Positions 1 through 18,334 of a stretch of 64,000 nt of DNA are shown in pieces. The notes below the pieces were generated by a model. The model saw only the letters and a program-made list of their open reading frames with translations, was not told the DNA's origin and searched no databases. The position numbers and the translations under genes were made by a program. The stretch comes from Eledone cirrhosa. Taxonomy: Eukaryota. Positions within the stretch are counted from its first letter, which is position 1. Every line of letters starts with the position of its first letter. The DNA lies in contig CAXHJY010000023.1 in the NCBI GenBank assembly GCA_964016885.1, forward strand, positions 1-64,000. The letters run 5' to 3'.

Positions 1-267
1 CTCCCACGCATATCTGTCGTTGTACGTAAAAGTAAAGTAAGATTTGCTGGCCATTGTGCCATCTCTGAGGCTGTGTCCTCATTAGTACTTTGAAAACCAC
101 AAGCAGTCACTGATAACAGGGGGCGGAATCTCTCCTACCCCGATGTCATCTCCATAGAATTTGGTGTTGAAATCCAGGACTTGGCAACGGCAATGAAAGA
201 AGACCCTCGTGGAGATTAATTGTTGAGTCCATTTCGGTTGAGGCTGGATGATGATGATGATGATGAT
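1..267 (+). mobile_element. 3' end of decayed RTE-group LINE with (GAT)n tail
   Basis: Frame 1 reads LPRISVVVRKSKVRFAGHC..SLVL*KP..RGRNLSYPDVI..DLATAM, matching the C-terminus of RTE ORFs (compare [22 protein letters not shown] in the 22052-22918 ORF). Ends in a gatgatgat tail. Confidence 0.75.
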
Positions 268-1934
268 ATCAGTTTTCTGTTTAATGGAGCTTCTCTGGAT
301 GTCTCGGAATCGGCGAGTAAATTTGTAACAAACAATTGCCTTTAGTGCTGTTTCATTGCCATGTTCTTGAATAAGCTAGCATCTGTGTAATATATATATG
401 TGTGTGTGTGTGTGTGTTGTTTGTGTGTTTGTGCGTGAGTGTTTGTGCGTGTGCGTGTACATACTTACATCAATGCATACATACATAGATACATACATAC
501 TTACATACATATAGATAGACAGTAGATAGATGGACAGTTATGTCGTATTTAATCACTATTAAACGCTTAGTTTTCTATGTAAAGTTTGGAAGCATAAATC
601 CCCTACATTTCTACGACAGGATTAAATCGTTCTGCATCCAGAATATCAATCTCCTAATGGAAATTTTGTATTGCCTAATCTTCTAACAAGGGACGGAACT
701 CTGTGAACACAATCACAAATATAAATAATATCATATATTTATTCCTTCTTTCCACGGCATTCAAACGTCTTATTATTTGCTTTGTAGTACATACTTAGTA
801 TTTATTTCCTTCGACGAAGCTAAAATGGCTCACGCGTTATTTAAGGATATATTGAAAACAATTCTGAGACATACATTCTTATCTGAATATAATTGAGGAT
901 GGAAATCAAATAAAATTGTTTCGTCGATTAATCGAAACGAGATTGTTGAGACAAGGACAGCCATCTTGCAGCACACTTTGTAGTTATGCCCAGATATAAA
1001 TGTCTCTTATGACAACACTTTGAAGCTAGCCAGACAGGAAATTGTTCGCATATATATTTCCTGACTAGGTAGAAGTATAAAGTCTGCATAAGAGTGCATA
1101 AGTATTTGAATCTAACATAGTTATTTCATTACATTAATGGTTCATTTCAAATACCGGTGTGATAAAAACTAGGCTGAAGTGTAATTTCCGTATACGTGTT
1201 CATCTGTCGTTCAATCGAATACAATTATTACATTAAAGTAATGTTTCATTACAAATGTGGTGCGATAAAAGGTAATATGCTAACTGCTGAAAGTTAAACT
1301 GGGAAGTAATGTTACAGGAGGCGCTTTATGGTTTCGGGTATACCTCCATTAGTTACCATGGGCATTTTCGCTGAAATCAAAGACGTTGGTTCCTATGAGA
1401 GATAGATTGGTAATCTAAACGTCGATAATGTAAGAATACTTTGAAATCAAAACCTGTTTATAAGAGCTATAAGTTGAATGACAGCATTTTGGAATTTAAA
1501 TTCATAAGTTAACACAAAGACACGATTTATCCTTTCTGCTTGCGATTTATAAACCCAATAGTTGTTGACATCGAACGGAATAAGTATCACGAACACTGTA
1601 AGAAATAAGATCGAAAATTCCACAAGGAAGAGTTGAACCTTAATTGATGATACAAATATATATATATATAATAAATGTATGAATTATATTTCTTTTTATC
1701 ACTAGGTGGGGAGACAGGACAGAGAACATATAGGACTGGCTAGAAGGTGGAAGGAAATTATTCCGAAACAGGTGACCTGACACGAATGCTTGCATCAAAA
1801 AGGAATCTGACAAAAGCCTTCGAGAGCCAGGAGTTAAACAATGTGACGTGTTTAACAAAGGGGGAGATTTACCTTATTACAAAATGACAAGAATATCTAA
1901 ACGACAAATATTATTATTATTATTATTATTGCCA

Positions 1935-3354
1935 TTCTGAGTTCAAATCCCGCCGAGGTTAACTTTGCCTTTCATCCTTACGGGGGTCGATAAAATAAAG
2001 TACCAGTAATACACTGGGTAATTGCTGGCCTTGTTCCCAAAGTAGAAGCAATTATTATTATTATTATTATTATCATTATTATTATTATTTGATTTGGCAG
2101 TATCGGTAGTGTGTCAGACAGCATGCTTTACAACATTGGTATGACCCTTTACGTTCTGAGTTCAAATCCCGCCGAAGTTAACTTTGCCGTTCATCCTTAC
2201 AGGGACGACAAAATAAAGTACCAGTAATGCATTGGTTTAATTGCTGGCCTTGTGCCCAAAGTAGAAGCATTCTTATTATGAGGGCGGTGGATTGGCAGTA
2301 TCGGTAGAGGGTCGGACGCCATGCTTTGCAGCATAGAGTTATGGCTCTTTATGATCTGAGCTCAAATCCCGCCGATGTTAACTTTGCCTTTCATCCTTAT
2401 GGGGTAGATAAAATAAAGTACCAGTCACGCACTGGGGTCGATTTAATCGACTTTCCCCTCCACCCAAATTACTGGCCTTGTGCCTATATAAGAAACCATT
2501 ATTATTAAAGGGGTGGTAGATTGGCAGAACCGGTAGAGCGTCGGACACCATGCTTCGTCGCATAGAGTTAAGACCCTTTATGTTCTGAGTACAAATCCCG
2601 CCAAGGTTAGCTTTGCCTTTCATCATTACGGGGGTCTTTAAAATAAAGTACCAGTAACACACTAGGGTCGATTTAATCGACTTTCTCCTCCCCACAAACT
2701 ACCTGGCCTTGTGCCTAAAGTAGAAATCATTATTATTATTATTTTCTCGGAGTCTCAGTCATTGATGTTATTTAACTAGAAAGTTTGTTCAAATGAACAT
2801 CAAGCCTCTACCTGCACCTCAGATATTCAGGACGTATCAGAGGATTCTTGAAGTTCCTACCAAAAATGCCTATCTTCAAGATATTATTTAGCGCTCCTAT
2901 GACAATCGGGATGACCTTGATCTCATAACAGTCCCAAATCCTTTTTATCTCCCACTTTAAATCCTGGTATCGGTTAATTTTCTCCCTTTTCTTTTCTTGC
3001 ACTCTCCTGTCAAATGGGCAGGCTACATCTACAATCAGGCACAATCTTTTTTCCTTGTCAAAAACCGTCAGGTCAGGCCTGTTGTGTTCTAATTTCTTGT
3101 CCGTCTGTATCCTAAAATCCCATAGCACCTTCACTTGGTCGTTTTCTATCACCGACACTGGCTTATGCGCATACATTATTATCGGTAGATGGTCGGACGC
3201 CATGTTTTGCAGCAAAACATGACTTATGGCCCTTTATGGTCTGAGTACAAATCCCGCTGAGGTTAACTTTGCCTTTCATCCTTACGGGGTCGATAAAATA
3301 AAGTACCAGTAATGCACTGCGATAATTGCTGGCCTTGTGCCAAACGTAGAAACA

Positions 3355-3390
<36 letters not shown>
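1935..3390 (+). mobile_element. Head-to-tail cluster of five tRNA-derived SINE copies (Meta/MESC-like core) with (ATT)n tails
   Basis: Copies at about 1935-2050, 2091-2270, 2283-2497, 2510-2728 and 3180-3353. A-box TGGCAGTATCGG, B-box GAGTTCAAATCC, core GCCTTTCATCCTTACGGGGTCGATAAAATAAAGTACCAGT, (ATT)n between copies. Confidence 0.9.
2744..3172 (-). mobile_element. 3' fragment of R4/Dong-like non-LTR retrotransposon (restriction-like endonuclease domain)
   Basis: ORF 2808-3215(-) contains KVLWDFRIQTDKKLEHNRPDL..IVDVACPFD..EK..RYQDL..IPIVIGAL (PD..D..K RLE motif). The 3' end runs into (TAA)n. Confidence 0.85.
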
Positions 3391-3393
<3 letters not shown>

Positions 3394-4545
3394 CCCAACA
3401 TTTGCTAGGGTAAGCGAACTTGAAATGATGTCTAATAGTACTAATATCAATGGGAATATAAAGACGATAAGCTCTGTTCCTGATTCTCTTTATGGTAGCT
3501 AAACATACGTCTGTTTGGTATCATGATACAGGTGACAGCAAGGGAGACTCGATTGTACAGTCTGCTAACTGATAACATAGCAGCATAAATGTCATCCATA
3601 GAAAACAGTCTCTCTGAAGCAGAGAAACTGGTGTGGGGTAATGTAGAAGCAGGAAACCCCTAAAAATAGACGGAAGGATCACGGCTACCAAACGTTTCAT
3701 CAAAAGTTTACCATATTCAAATTTTACCCGTAGCAAATAAGTAACATAACAACAACAAAAAAATACAATCGTAAGAAATTTAGTCGACATACAAAGACAC
3801 GGCAAGTGAGGCATGCAGGGAAGTGACTCCTAGCACATGAAAATATGATAGAAAAATTATATTCTGTAGCGATAATGCTTATTCATGAGCGAATAATTAA
3901 CATTGGCTGGTTGTTAAGGAGGAGGAGGGGTCATGGTGGGGTGAATAGATAGATGGGAAATTGCTAAGTAACCAACTCGGCTAACATACAACCAATATTG
4001 TGTATTTACGTCATTAGACGACAACGGCAACGCCTGTGGCTATGAGTGGAATCACATTAAGAAATATCTACATCAACGGAAAATATACATAAGGTCCAGC
4101 GATAGAAATTTGTATGACCGATCACGGTTCTTCTGTTCTCATTGTAATCCGATGCATCAGAATCTGTTTGATTCCCGTTTGCACTTCATTAAACCTTCCT
4201 ATACAATTAATTGGTCGGAGATATTCAAGACAAAAGGGAAGTTACAAAGGGAGGTAACAATGAAAATATCTATTGTTTCATAGAATCAAACGAATAAAAA
4301 GCCTTTCATTTCTAATCAACAGATTCGAATATCTTGAATACATTTCATTTCTGCTGACTTCGATAGCACATTAACTGATTGTAAATGATTGATTATTATG
4401 TGATAGTCCACTATATGGTTATTCCAATCACACACACAAATACTCTCACAAATACATAGACACACGCATACCCCCCCCCCCCGCACACACACACACACAC
4501 GCATACACATAGAGAGCGAGGCAGACTATATACATGCGTGTGCAG

Positions 4546-7119
<2,574 letters not shown>

Positions 7120-7140
7120 TATATATATATATATATATAT

Positions 7141-7553
7141 ATGTAAGTATGTGTGTATACGTACATACATATATGTATACATACGTACAGTATCATGCAT
7201 ATATATATATATATATATATATGTGCATTTTATTTAAACTTATCGTTTTCGGTATGCCTGGCCGACTTAGCTCACTCGATATGCAAATTAGGCTGCTCAG
7301 CCGTTATTTTTCATAAGGAAAGTATATACTTTCGCACGTTCAACTATCTGGCAGATGGGTATACGGTGCTGATGATGGCTGACAGGCTTGAAACTAGTAC
7401 ATCGTTCCTGTGTCAGTGTTGAACAAAAAGGTGACGTGGTTACCTTAACACCGTACGGCATAAAAATTCAAGCTGTTCAGTTTGTTTACAAACGAACAAA
7501 GCGGCGTTATAATAAGCGTCCGCTAAACTGATACGTGCATATATGTATGTATA

Positions 7554-7603
<50 letters not shown>

Positions 7604-7748
7604 TGCTACTGTACGTCTGTATACATATATGTATGTACGTATACACACATACTTACATTTAAGTAAGTGCTGTACTAAGAGTGAGAAATGAAATTCGTTT
7701 TCATTTTATTTCAACTTATATATATATGCATATATATATATATATATA

Positions 7749-7805
<57 letters not shown>

Positions 7806-7940
7806 GGAAAAAATGAAACAATATTTCATTTCCCACTCTTAGTACGGCTGTTACTTAAATATAACTATGTACACGTACATACATATATGTATACCGACGT
7901 ACAGTAGTATGTATATATATATATATATATACATACATGC
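7141..7940 (+). mobile_element. HHR family A element with inverted terminal arms (probable Penelope-like pLTR remnant)
   Basis: Core 7258-7515 is homologous to 40452-40705. Arm 7141-7200 is the reverse complement of 7598-7657, and 7803-7915 is a further inverted copy of 7600-7710. Confidence 0.75.
7363..7405 (+). ncRNA. Minimal type I hammerhead ribozyme (family A)
   Basis: ACGGTG-CTGATGA-TGGC tgacag GCTT-GAAA-CTAG-TA-CATCGT: stem I ACGGTG/CATCGT, palindromic stem III CTAG, GUA cleavage triplet. Confidence 0.85.
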
Positions 7941-8016
7941 ACACATATATATATGCACGTATGGATTCACCATATCGTTTCATATATATATATATATCGT
8001 TTCATATATATATGTA

Positions 8017-8067
<51 letters not shown>

Positions 8068-9202
8068 TTCTCTCCCCCTCCACTTAACTCTCTATATATT
8101 TCTCTCCCCCTCCACCTAATTCTCTCTCTCTCTCACTCATTCTTTCTTTGTCTGGAAGAAATCCGTCCTGTACTTTAGAGAAGAACACAACTTGACAGAC
8201 GAGGAAGGTACCCAATGACAACAGAGTTAGCCAGGTCTATATATAGTCATCTATTTCATCATCACCGTCTTAACAAATTCAGGTACCAAACACTCACGTA
8301 CTCTTATATTTGCATAGGTCTGTGTATCTGTGTATGTATGTGTGTGGGTGGGTGTGTGTGTTTGTAAATGTGTATCTGCTTGCATGCGTATATATCGTAT
8401 ATATTATATATATATCGTATATATTATATATAGAGAGAGAGTTAGGTGGAGGGGGATAGAAAGAGAGAGAGAAAGTTAGGTGGAGGGTGATAGAAAGAGA
8501 GAAAGATGAAGAAAGACAGATGGGTGGTGTGAGTGAGAGAGAGTCAGAGAGAGGGGTAAAGACATAGGAATCAAGGATAGAGAGAGAAAGAATGATATAG
8601 AAATAGTAAAGATAGAAAGAGAAAAATGTGATTAAGCGTCATCAATGTTAGGCTAGAACTTCATTTATCGACCTCGAAAGATAAAAGACATAGATGACTA
8701 CGGGAGGATTGGAACTGAGATTGAGGAGAACCAGACCTATTACAGTAACAATTATACTTGAACTACATAACGACTCTATCACATTCACCGCCTAATATAA
8801 GGCCTTATGTGCAACAATTATCATGTTTATTTGTGTTATATAGAGGGACATTGCACGAGGTGAATTAATGTCTAAGTGGTTCTGTATTCCACAGACACGT
8901 GTACTCTTAACATAATCCCCAAAGCGATTTGCTCTGACAGAATATGAGGGAATGTATGATTACTTCATTATAGGTACAGTCAATTCAAAGCCTTTCCACA
9001 CAGTTTCTATCTACCCAATTTCTCTGAAAGGATATAGGACCACATGAGGCTCTATGATAAAGACACACATAGCGTGTGATTGCCCCCCCCCCCCCACACA
9101 CACACACACCAGATTGTGGATGACGTAATCACTTAAACATTCATTTAATAAGTTATCTGATAATTTCTCCGGCAGATTATATAGTACACACTGTATATTA
9201 TA

Positions 9203-9305
9203 CAGAGCTACCCCAAAAACGTGTTTACACACTTCAACAACATTCTAAGAAATATTGTCTGTATAGGTAATCAAAGTGTGTATATATTTTGGCGGGGACA
9301 CCCTG
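9203..9305. mobile_element. Tc1/mariner-type MITE
   Basis: TA|CAGAGCTACCCCAAAAACGTGTTTACACACTT ... AAGTGTGTATATATTTTGGCGGGGACACCCTG|TA: imperfect ~32-bp TIRs flanked by TA. Confidence 0.7.
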
Positions 9306-9734
9306 TATATATATTGTCTAAGACATGAAATATTTCAAAGGAAGTGCTGTGATAGATGTTAGGGCTTGCAACACTGTAGCGGTCTTCTCAACTCATGAGA
9401 TGTCATTTCATAAGAGGTTTCCTGGTTGTATTCCGCATAACGGCTCTATTTTTCTCATAAAAACATTTCATTTAAATAAACATTTTATCTATTTTGCCGG
9501 TGTGATGTTGAACATATAAAGCCATTACAGATACCACCAGTTATAATTTATACCACCTTACTAAATAGGCCAATTTAATTTTCTTCCTCCCAAAGACAGC
9601 AGATAGGTGCCTATCATAGGTTTACAGATGTTAAACAATTGGGAGAATAGAAAGCAGTCCACTCCTTCACTAAAAGAAGATGCCAGTTTATCGCAGGGTT
9701 AACTTGATTTACTACTTGTTTTCATATTCAGCAT

Positions 9735-9830
9735 AGTGTATTGGGTCAACGTAAAATGAAGTGTTTTAGTCAAAGAAGACAACACACCACGCTCTCAATG
9801 AATCGAAACCACGATATTATCACCACAAAC
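9735..9830 (-). mobile_element. Decayed tRNA-derived SINE head
   Basis: Minus strand ATCGTGGTTTCGATTC (B-box-like) followed by GTGTGTTGTCTTCTTTGACTAAAACACTTCATTTTACGTTG; resembles 39180-39290. Confidence 0.5.
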
Positions 9831-10251
9831 CAGTCTCCTACTCTCCTTTAGGTAACATTCTAAACTACTAGTTTATCATTCGGTGGATTTTGAACTCATA
9901 GTGTTGAAATGAAGAAAAATATCACAAATGTGTTTAATATTTATTTCGCTCTGGTTGTTCTACTTGTTCATCTGTTTAACACCTAAACATACTTGATTGA
10001 CCAGCGGTTTGGAAAGAAGAGTTTTCTATGAAGTTGATGCTGCCACGACACACACTCACACACACAGATATACTCTACACACACACAAGGACACACACAT
10101 TCACTCCAGGGAATTACACGTCTGTGACTTCCCCAATGTATGTTTCACTGGATATCCATTCACAGATAAAACGGTAGGCTGTATTGGAATTTATTTGGCT
10201 GCTGTCTCTAGTGGATTGTCTAGCACTCCCAGTAAGTGAAAAACGTGGAAT

Positions 10252-10569
10252 CAGTTGTCCCTCGGTATTAGCGAGGGTTACGTTCCTAGAACAACAGCAA
10301 ATAGTGAAACCCCTCGAATATTGGTCGTGGCCAATACAAATACCTTTAAACGTCAAAACATGACGTAAAATATAGACGGACATATTGTTTTTAATAAATT
10401 AGAGTTAAAAAGCGTGAACAAATTATATTGCCACGAAAACAGCCATAAAAATATCGGGGAAGATATATACAATTCCGCGAATATGCGGTGGTTTCCACGA
10501 ACAATTATTAGTTAGGTTCTAAGGAAAATTCCGCGAATAATCGGGACCACATATGCCGAGGGTACACTG
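10252..10569. mobile_element. pogo/Tigger-like MITE
   Basis: TIRs CAGTTGTCCCTCGGTAT / ATGCCGAGGGTACACTG|TA, with internal CCGCGAATA subterminal motifs. Confidence 0.7.
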
Positions 10570-10949
10570 TATATTGTTCGAGGGAAGAAATGTATGTCAT
10601 AATGTTGATTTGTTTTGATATTAGCTATTCAAGTTTGTTATTGTGGTATCTGCAATGAGATCATGCCACTTATTCATGAATAAACGGCAACTATATTACT
10701 TTGTAGACTTTGTAAGAATACAAAACATATTGTTTCAATCGATTGGTTTGCTGGAAAAAAGAGCGAATTATATTTTGTAAAGAATGTATGTAATAACTTA
10801 CCATATCGACACTTACACATCATATAGATTGAACAGATTTCTAACACTAGCAGACAACAAAACAAAAACTCGTAAATAGAAGTAGTAAAAGTAAAAAATA
10901 ATTATGAAAAAAAAAAAAATGTTATACTAAGACAGAGAGTAAAAGCGGT

Positions 10950-11815
<866 letters not shown>

Positions 11816-12382
11816 GAGAAGGATATAATCAGAGATAGTGGAGAAAAAAGGAACAAGGTAGAAAGAAAATAGAATTGAAGAAATCAAAGAGGAAAGAAAA
11901 GAGTTAGTAATGGCGACGATACATTAGTTATAATGTAACTGTTGCTTGATATTTCTCTGAATGGACTTAGATCAAAAGACTGTGGCAGAGAATAAAACAA
12001 ACAATGACTGCTGCTGAAAATCAAACAGAACTCCAAACAAGACGACTAATATATTCCGAACAAAAAACAATAATGTCGTTTATGTTATAATGAGTGTTAG
12101 ATAGATTTACAATTGTATTTTACCAATGAATTATGCAAGAGATCTAAGGTTGTGAAGGAGAGGGATGGGAGGCGGGAGGTGGTGGTGGGGGCGGGGGAGA
12201 CAGCAACGTGTTACTCAAATATCCCTTAAAATCTTTATCATTTAAACCGGCTGTATCCGGCAAGAATTCTGTCACATTCTTTCCGTTCGAACCTGCCATA
12301 ACTAACTGCTCATACTGGCGTTAAGTTATTGTTCTCAAAATACATAATATAAAATCCCGTAGATTTGATACTCAAGATAATT

Positions 12383-12572
12383 ATTGTTTCTACTTTTTTC
12401 GCACAAGGCCAGCAAATTTCACCAGTACATTACTGGTACTTTATTTGATCGACCCCTGTAAGGATGAAAGGCAAATTGAACCTCGGCGGGATTTGAACTC
12501 AGACCGTAAAGGGACGGAACTATGCTGGAAAGCATGGCGTCCGACTCTCTACCGATACTGCCAATCCACCAT
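12383..12572 (-). mobile_element. tRNA-derived SINE, same family as 1935-3390
   Basis: Reverse complement of GGTGGATTGGCAGTATCGGTAGA..GAGTTCAAATCCCGCCGAGG..GGCCTTGTGC. Confidence 0.9.
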
Positions 12573-12774
12573 GAGATAATTATATAAAGATATGTGTTTA
12601 GATGAAAATACAATAGTAAATATAGCGTAATGTAAATGATAAAGGGTTAAATTAGACCTTATCACAGGGGTCTGAAATTCCAGAATTGAAAAGGTCTTTT
12701 ACGTCTCGGAAGAGAGGGGCAGCTGGCCAAAAGGAGAGGTGGTGGGTGCAGGATTGTGCACAGTTATAATGCTA

Positions 12775-12993
12775 ATAATGCTTTCTTATATAGGCACAAG
12801 GCCAGACATTTTGGGGGGAGGGGAGAGTCGATTAAATCGATTCCAGTGCGTGACTGATACTTTATTTTATCGACCCTGTAAGGATGAAAGTCAAAGTTAA
12901 CATCGGCGGGATTTGAGCTCAGGCCATAAAGGGACGTAACTATGCTAGAAAGCATGGCGTCCGACCCTCTAACGATACTGCCAATCCACCGAT
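12775..12993 (-). mobile_element. tRNA-derived SINE, same family
   Basis: Closely matches copy 2283-2497 on the opposite strand. Confidence 0.9.
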
Positions 12994-13507
12994 GATAATA
13001 GCTGATTAACTTCAAGATTTTTGTTCATTTTCATCAATATGAATATATATATGATCGTAATTCGGATTTGTCAATTAGTACAAAATGTGAGCTTACAAAC
13101 TTTCAGGTTCAACCTTTCCTTAATTAGTCAAGAAAAGGATTCTGCTTTGGTCTATACAAAATATAATGGACATGTTCCAATTTGTCTTAGATTCACTGCA
13201 AACAAGATAATAGGTTGGAAATTCATAGTAAGAATACTGGCTGTATCTATGTCTACATGATTACGGTTTAGTAAAGGACTTAACACAAACAGCTAGAACA
13301 ACCACAAGATATATCAGAGGAACGAACAGATATGCTGCCGTAATGACATTTAAGCTATGATGTAGGAATTATTGTTGTTAGAATTTTTGTTTTTGCTGCT
13401 GAGACAGACCCCAATGACTAGTTTTATTATTATTCTTCATCGTTAACCACTTTGTCTTTTGGTGCATAGTAGAATTGCATTATCTAATATACAAGAATGT
13501 ATATATA

Positions 13508-13579
<72 letters not shown>

Positions 13580-13693
13580 ATGGAATACTGTTAGCTTCTC
13601 GCTACAACAATTTCTATACTTTTCATTTTTATATATATATATATATAAAGAGAGAGAGATGTGTATATATGTGTATATGTATGTACATGTGTA

Positions 13694-13791
<98 letters not shown>

Positions 13792-13816
13792 CATATATAT
13801 ATACATACATATATAT

Positions 13817-13849
<33 letters not shown>

Positions 13850-13901
13850 CATACATATATATACAAATATATATATATACAAATATATATATATATGTAC
13901 A

Positions 13902-13970
<69 letters not shown>

Positions 13971-14005
13971 ATATACATACATACATATACATACATATAT
14001 ATATA

Positions 14006-14047
<42 letters not shown>

Positions 14048-14054
14048 CATACAT

Positions 14055-16022
14055 AAAAAAATCAACAAGCTGAAATACTGTCAGCAGCAACACATCAACT
14101 TGACTGCCATTTCATCACTAGAGATTAAAAAACATAACCTCCAAAACAACATAATGTCCCTCATCAACAATCAGAGAAGAGCTGAAGAGGCCTGGGCCAT
14201 TGAGAAGATCAAACTCAATCCCAAAATGTTCTTTTCATTTGCAAAAAAACACAAAATCACTGGCTCTACTGTTGGCCCTCTAATTGATGAAAATGGCACT
14301 CTTCAAGACAATGCTAAAACCATGGGTGAGATACTGCAGAAACAATACTGCTCTGTTTTCAGCAATCCTGATATGGCCGATCTGGGCTGTATCGGCGATT
14401 TTACTCCCCATTACACCTTATCGGACATAACGTTTGGCGCCCCTGATGTCTTGGCGGCAATAAAGGAAATCAAGCATAATTCAGCAGTAGGTCCCGATAG
14501 GTTCCCTGCTTGTGTCTTGAAGGCGTGTCAACACCAACTTGCATCTCCTCTTGCCAATCTGTGGCGGAACTCACTGGATGCTGGATATGTGCCAGAAAAC
14601 CTTCTATCCCAGTCTGTTGTCCCAGTTTTCAAAAAGGGAAACAAATCCCTTGCCGTGAATTACCGTCCAATCTCACTCACCTCTCATATCATTAAGGTAT
14701 TTGAGCGAGTGGTGAGATCGCGAATGACCCACTTCCTTGAGAGTAACAATATGCTGAACTCCAACCAGCATGGATTCCGTAATGGAAGGGATTGCCTGAC
14801 GCAGCTACTGCATCACTTTGATGACATTTTGAGAGCCTTGGGAGAGGGTTCCAACACTGATGTTATCTACCTTGATTTCAGCAAGGCCTTTGACAGGGTT
14901 GATCATAACATTCTACTGAGAAAGCTGTCCAATATTGGTGTCACTGGAAAGCTGCTGCAGTGGATCAAGAGCTTCCTGTCAAACAGAACCCAACATGTTG
15001 TAGTTGAGGGAGTCAAATCAAGCCCAGCCAAAGTCAGTAGTGGGGTCCCACAAGCCACTGTGTTGGGCCCACTTCTCTTCATCATCTATATTAATGACAT
15101 CACTGACATCATCAAACACAGCAACATTAAAATTTTCGCTGATGATTCCAAGCTCCAAAAGGTCATCAATGGCGTGGATGACCGGATAAGCCTTCAGTCA
15201 GACCTACTGGCTGTTACCCAATGGGCAGAAAAGAACAACATGTTACTGAACGAAGACAAATTCGAACTGATCCACTTTGGAAAAGAGGATGCTCTGAAAC
15301 TCCCGTACTACCTTACCTTCGGGGAAACTCTCGTGGCATCTAACAACATCAGAGACTTGGGAGTAACCGTGGACAGCAATATAAGCTGGACCACGCATAT
15401 AAGCAGCAAAGTTGACATGGCCCGCAGAATGTGTTCCTGGATCCTCAGAACCTTCCAGTCGAGAGATTCCCGCACCATTATCCTTCTCTTCTCTACTTTC
15501 GCCCGACCACACCTTGAATACTGTTGTCCAATGTGGTCTCCCCACACGAAACAAAGTATCATGAAACTTGAAGCTCCTCAAAGGGCAATCACGAAAAAGA
15601 TAGATGGCATGTCAGACCTTGACTACTGGGGTCGATTAGAAAACCTGAAACTTTACTCACTCCAACGTCGCCGTGAGCGTTATATTATCTGCATGATGTG
15701 GAAAATGTTCCATCATCACTGCCCAAATGATGTTGGCATCGCCGTCAAGATACACCCAAGGCTTGGGCCCCGTGCTATCCGTCCCATTCAAAAATCTAAA
15801 TCGCAACTCATAACAACAATACGGCACAATTATTTCACCTCAATCGGCCCTGCTCTCTTCAACATCACACCAGGACACGTCAAAACAGAAACTGACCACA
15901 CAAAATTCAAGAAGTCTTTGGACAAATTCCTCCAAGTAATCCCGGACAAACCACACACACCCGGATATGTCTCCGCAATCAGTAATTCTCTTCTCGAATG
16001 GGCCATGGTGCCCAAATCCTGA
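14055..16022 (+). CDS. Reverse transcriptase ORF of a 5'-truncated CR1-group LINE (~655 uninterrupted codons)
   Basis: [64 protein letters not shown]. The listed start at 13575 is microsatellite read-through. 3' UTR runs to ~16112 ending in TTCAAAGTTA x2. Confidence 0.92.
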   Translation, partial: KKINKLKYCQQQHINLTAISSLEIKKHNLQNNIMSLINNQRRAEEAWAIEKIKLNPKMFFSFAKKHKITGSTVGPLIDENGTLQDNAKTMGEILQKQYCSVFSNPDMADLGCIGDFTPHYTLSDITFGAPDVLAAIKEIKHNSAVGPDRFPACVLKACQHQLASPLANLWRNSLDAGYVPENLLSQSVVPVFKKGNKSLAVNYRPISLTSHIIKVFERVVRSRMTHFLESNNMLNSNQHGFRNGRDCLTQLLHHFDDILRALGEGSNTDVIYLDFSKAFDRVDHNILLRKLSNIGVTGKLLQWIKSFLSNRTQHVVVEGVKSSPAKVSSGVPQATVLGPLLFIIYINDITDIIKHSNIKIFADDSKLQKVINGVDDRISLQSDLLAVTQWAEKNNMLLNEDKFELIHFGKEDALKLPYYLTFGETLVASNNIRDLGVTVDSNISWTTHISSKVDMARRMCSWILRTFQSRDSRTIILLFSTFARPHLEYCCPMWSPHTKQSIMKLEAPQRAITKKIDGMSDLDYWGRLENLKLYSLQRRRERYIICMMWKMFHHHCPNDVGIAVKIHPRLGPRAIRPIQKSKSQLITTIRHNYFTSIGPALFNITPGHVKTETDHTKFKKSLDKFLQVIPDKPHTPGYVSAISNSLLEWAMVPKS

Positions 16023-16165
16023 ATTGAAAGACTTCGCCAGGTGGTGCTATTAAGTTAGACATGGCCTGGGCCAATACTGGCCAAAACATTTCAAAGTTAT
16101 TCAAAGTTATTTTATACATATACATACATATATATATATGTACATATATATATATATATACATAC

Positions 16166-16208
<43 letters not shown>

Positions 16209-16223
16209 TATATATATACATAC

Positions 16224-16264
<41 letters not shown>

Positions 16265-16281
16265 CATATATATACATATAC

Positions 16282-16362
<81 letters not shown>

Positions 16363-16369
16363 CACATAC

Positions 16370-16439
<70 letters not shown>

Positions 16440-16449
16440 ATACACATAC

Positions 16450-16519
<70 letters not shown>

Positions 16520-16521
16520 AT

Positions 16522-16566
<45 letters not shown>

Positions 16567-16610
16567 CATATATATACATACACATATATACATACATATA
16601 TATATACATA

Positions 16611-16641
<31 letters not shown>

Positions 16642-16652
16642 CTATATATATA

Positions 16653-16683
<31 letters not shown>

Positions 16684-16741
16684 CTATATATATATATGTA
16701 TATACATATACATACATATATATATATATATATACATACAT

Positions 16742-16831
<90 letters not shown>

Positions 16832-16926
16832 ATATATACATACATATATATATATATATACATACATATATATACACATATATATATATATATATATACA
16901 TACATATATATACACATATATATATA

Positions 16927-16964
<38 letters not shown>

Positions 16965-16965
16965 C

Positions 16966-17674
<709 letters not shown>

Positions 17675-17901
17675 CTTATATGTAAAAAATTACAACTGAT
17701 TGAGTCGGAAATTGGAAATTGTTTTAAATTCTGACTGAGAGAAGAGATTCGTATATTAGTGTTGGGCCTATTGAAATCGTGAACATTTTCCATATCTTGC
17801 TGTGACTATTTTCTCACAGTTTTAATCCTATTTAATCTAAGAAATTATTTGGTTTTATTCTATTTCTAACTCTTTTATTTAATGTGTTTTACTTATATAT
17901 A

Positions 17902-17954
<53 letters not shown>

Positions 17955-18053
17955 CTATATATATATATATATATACATATATATATACATATATATATAC
18001 ATATATATATACATATATATATATATACATATATATATATGTATATATATATA

Positions 18054-18084
<31 letters not shown>

Positions 18085-18293
18085 CATACATACATATATA
18101 TATACATATATATATACATATATATATACATATGTATATACATATGTATATACACATATATATATACACATATATATATACATATATATATACACATATA
18201 TATATACATATATATATACACATATATATATACATATATATACACATATATATATACATATATATATACATATATATATACATATATATATAC

Positions 18294-18328
<35 letters not shown>

Positions 18329-18334
18329 CATATA

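Noticed and set aside
270-1900. Possible host exons in unique-looking AT-rich DNA (also 3400-4400, 13000-13480, 42370-43400)
   Set aside because: No ORF with recognisable motifs or convincing splice pattern; small exons cannot be excluded without RNA-seq.
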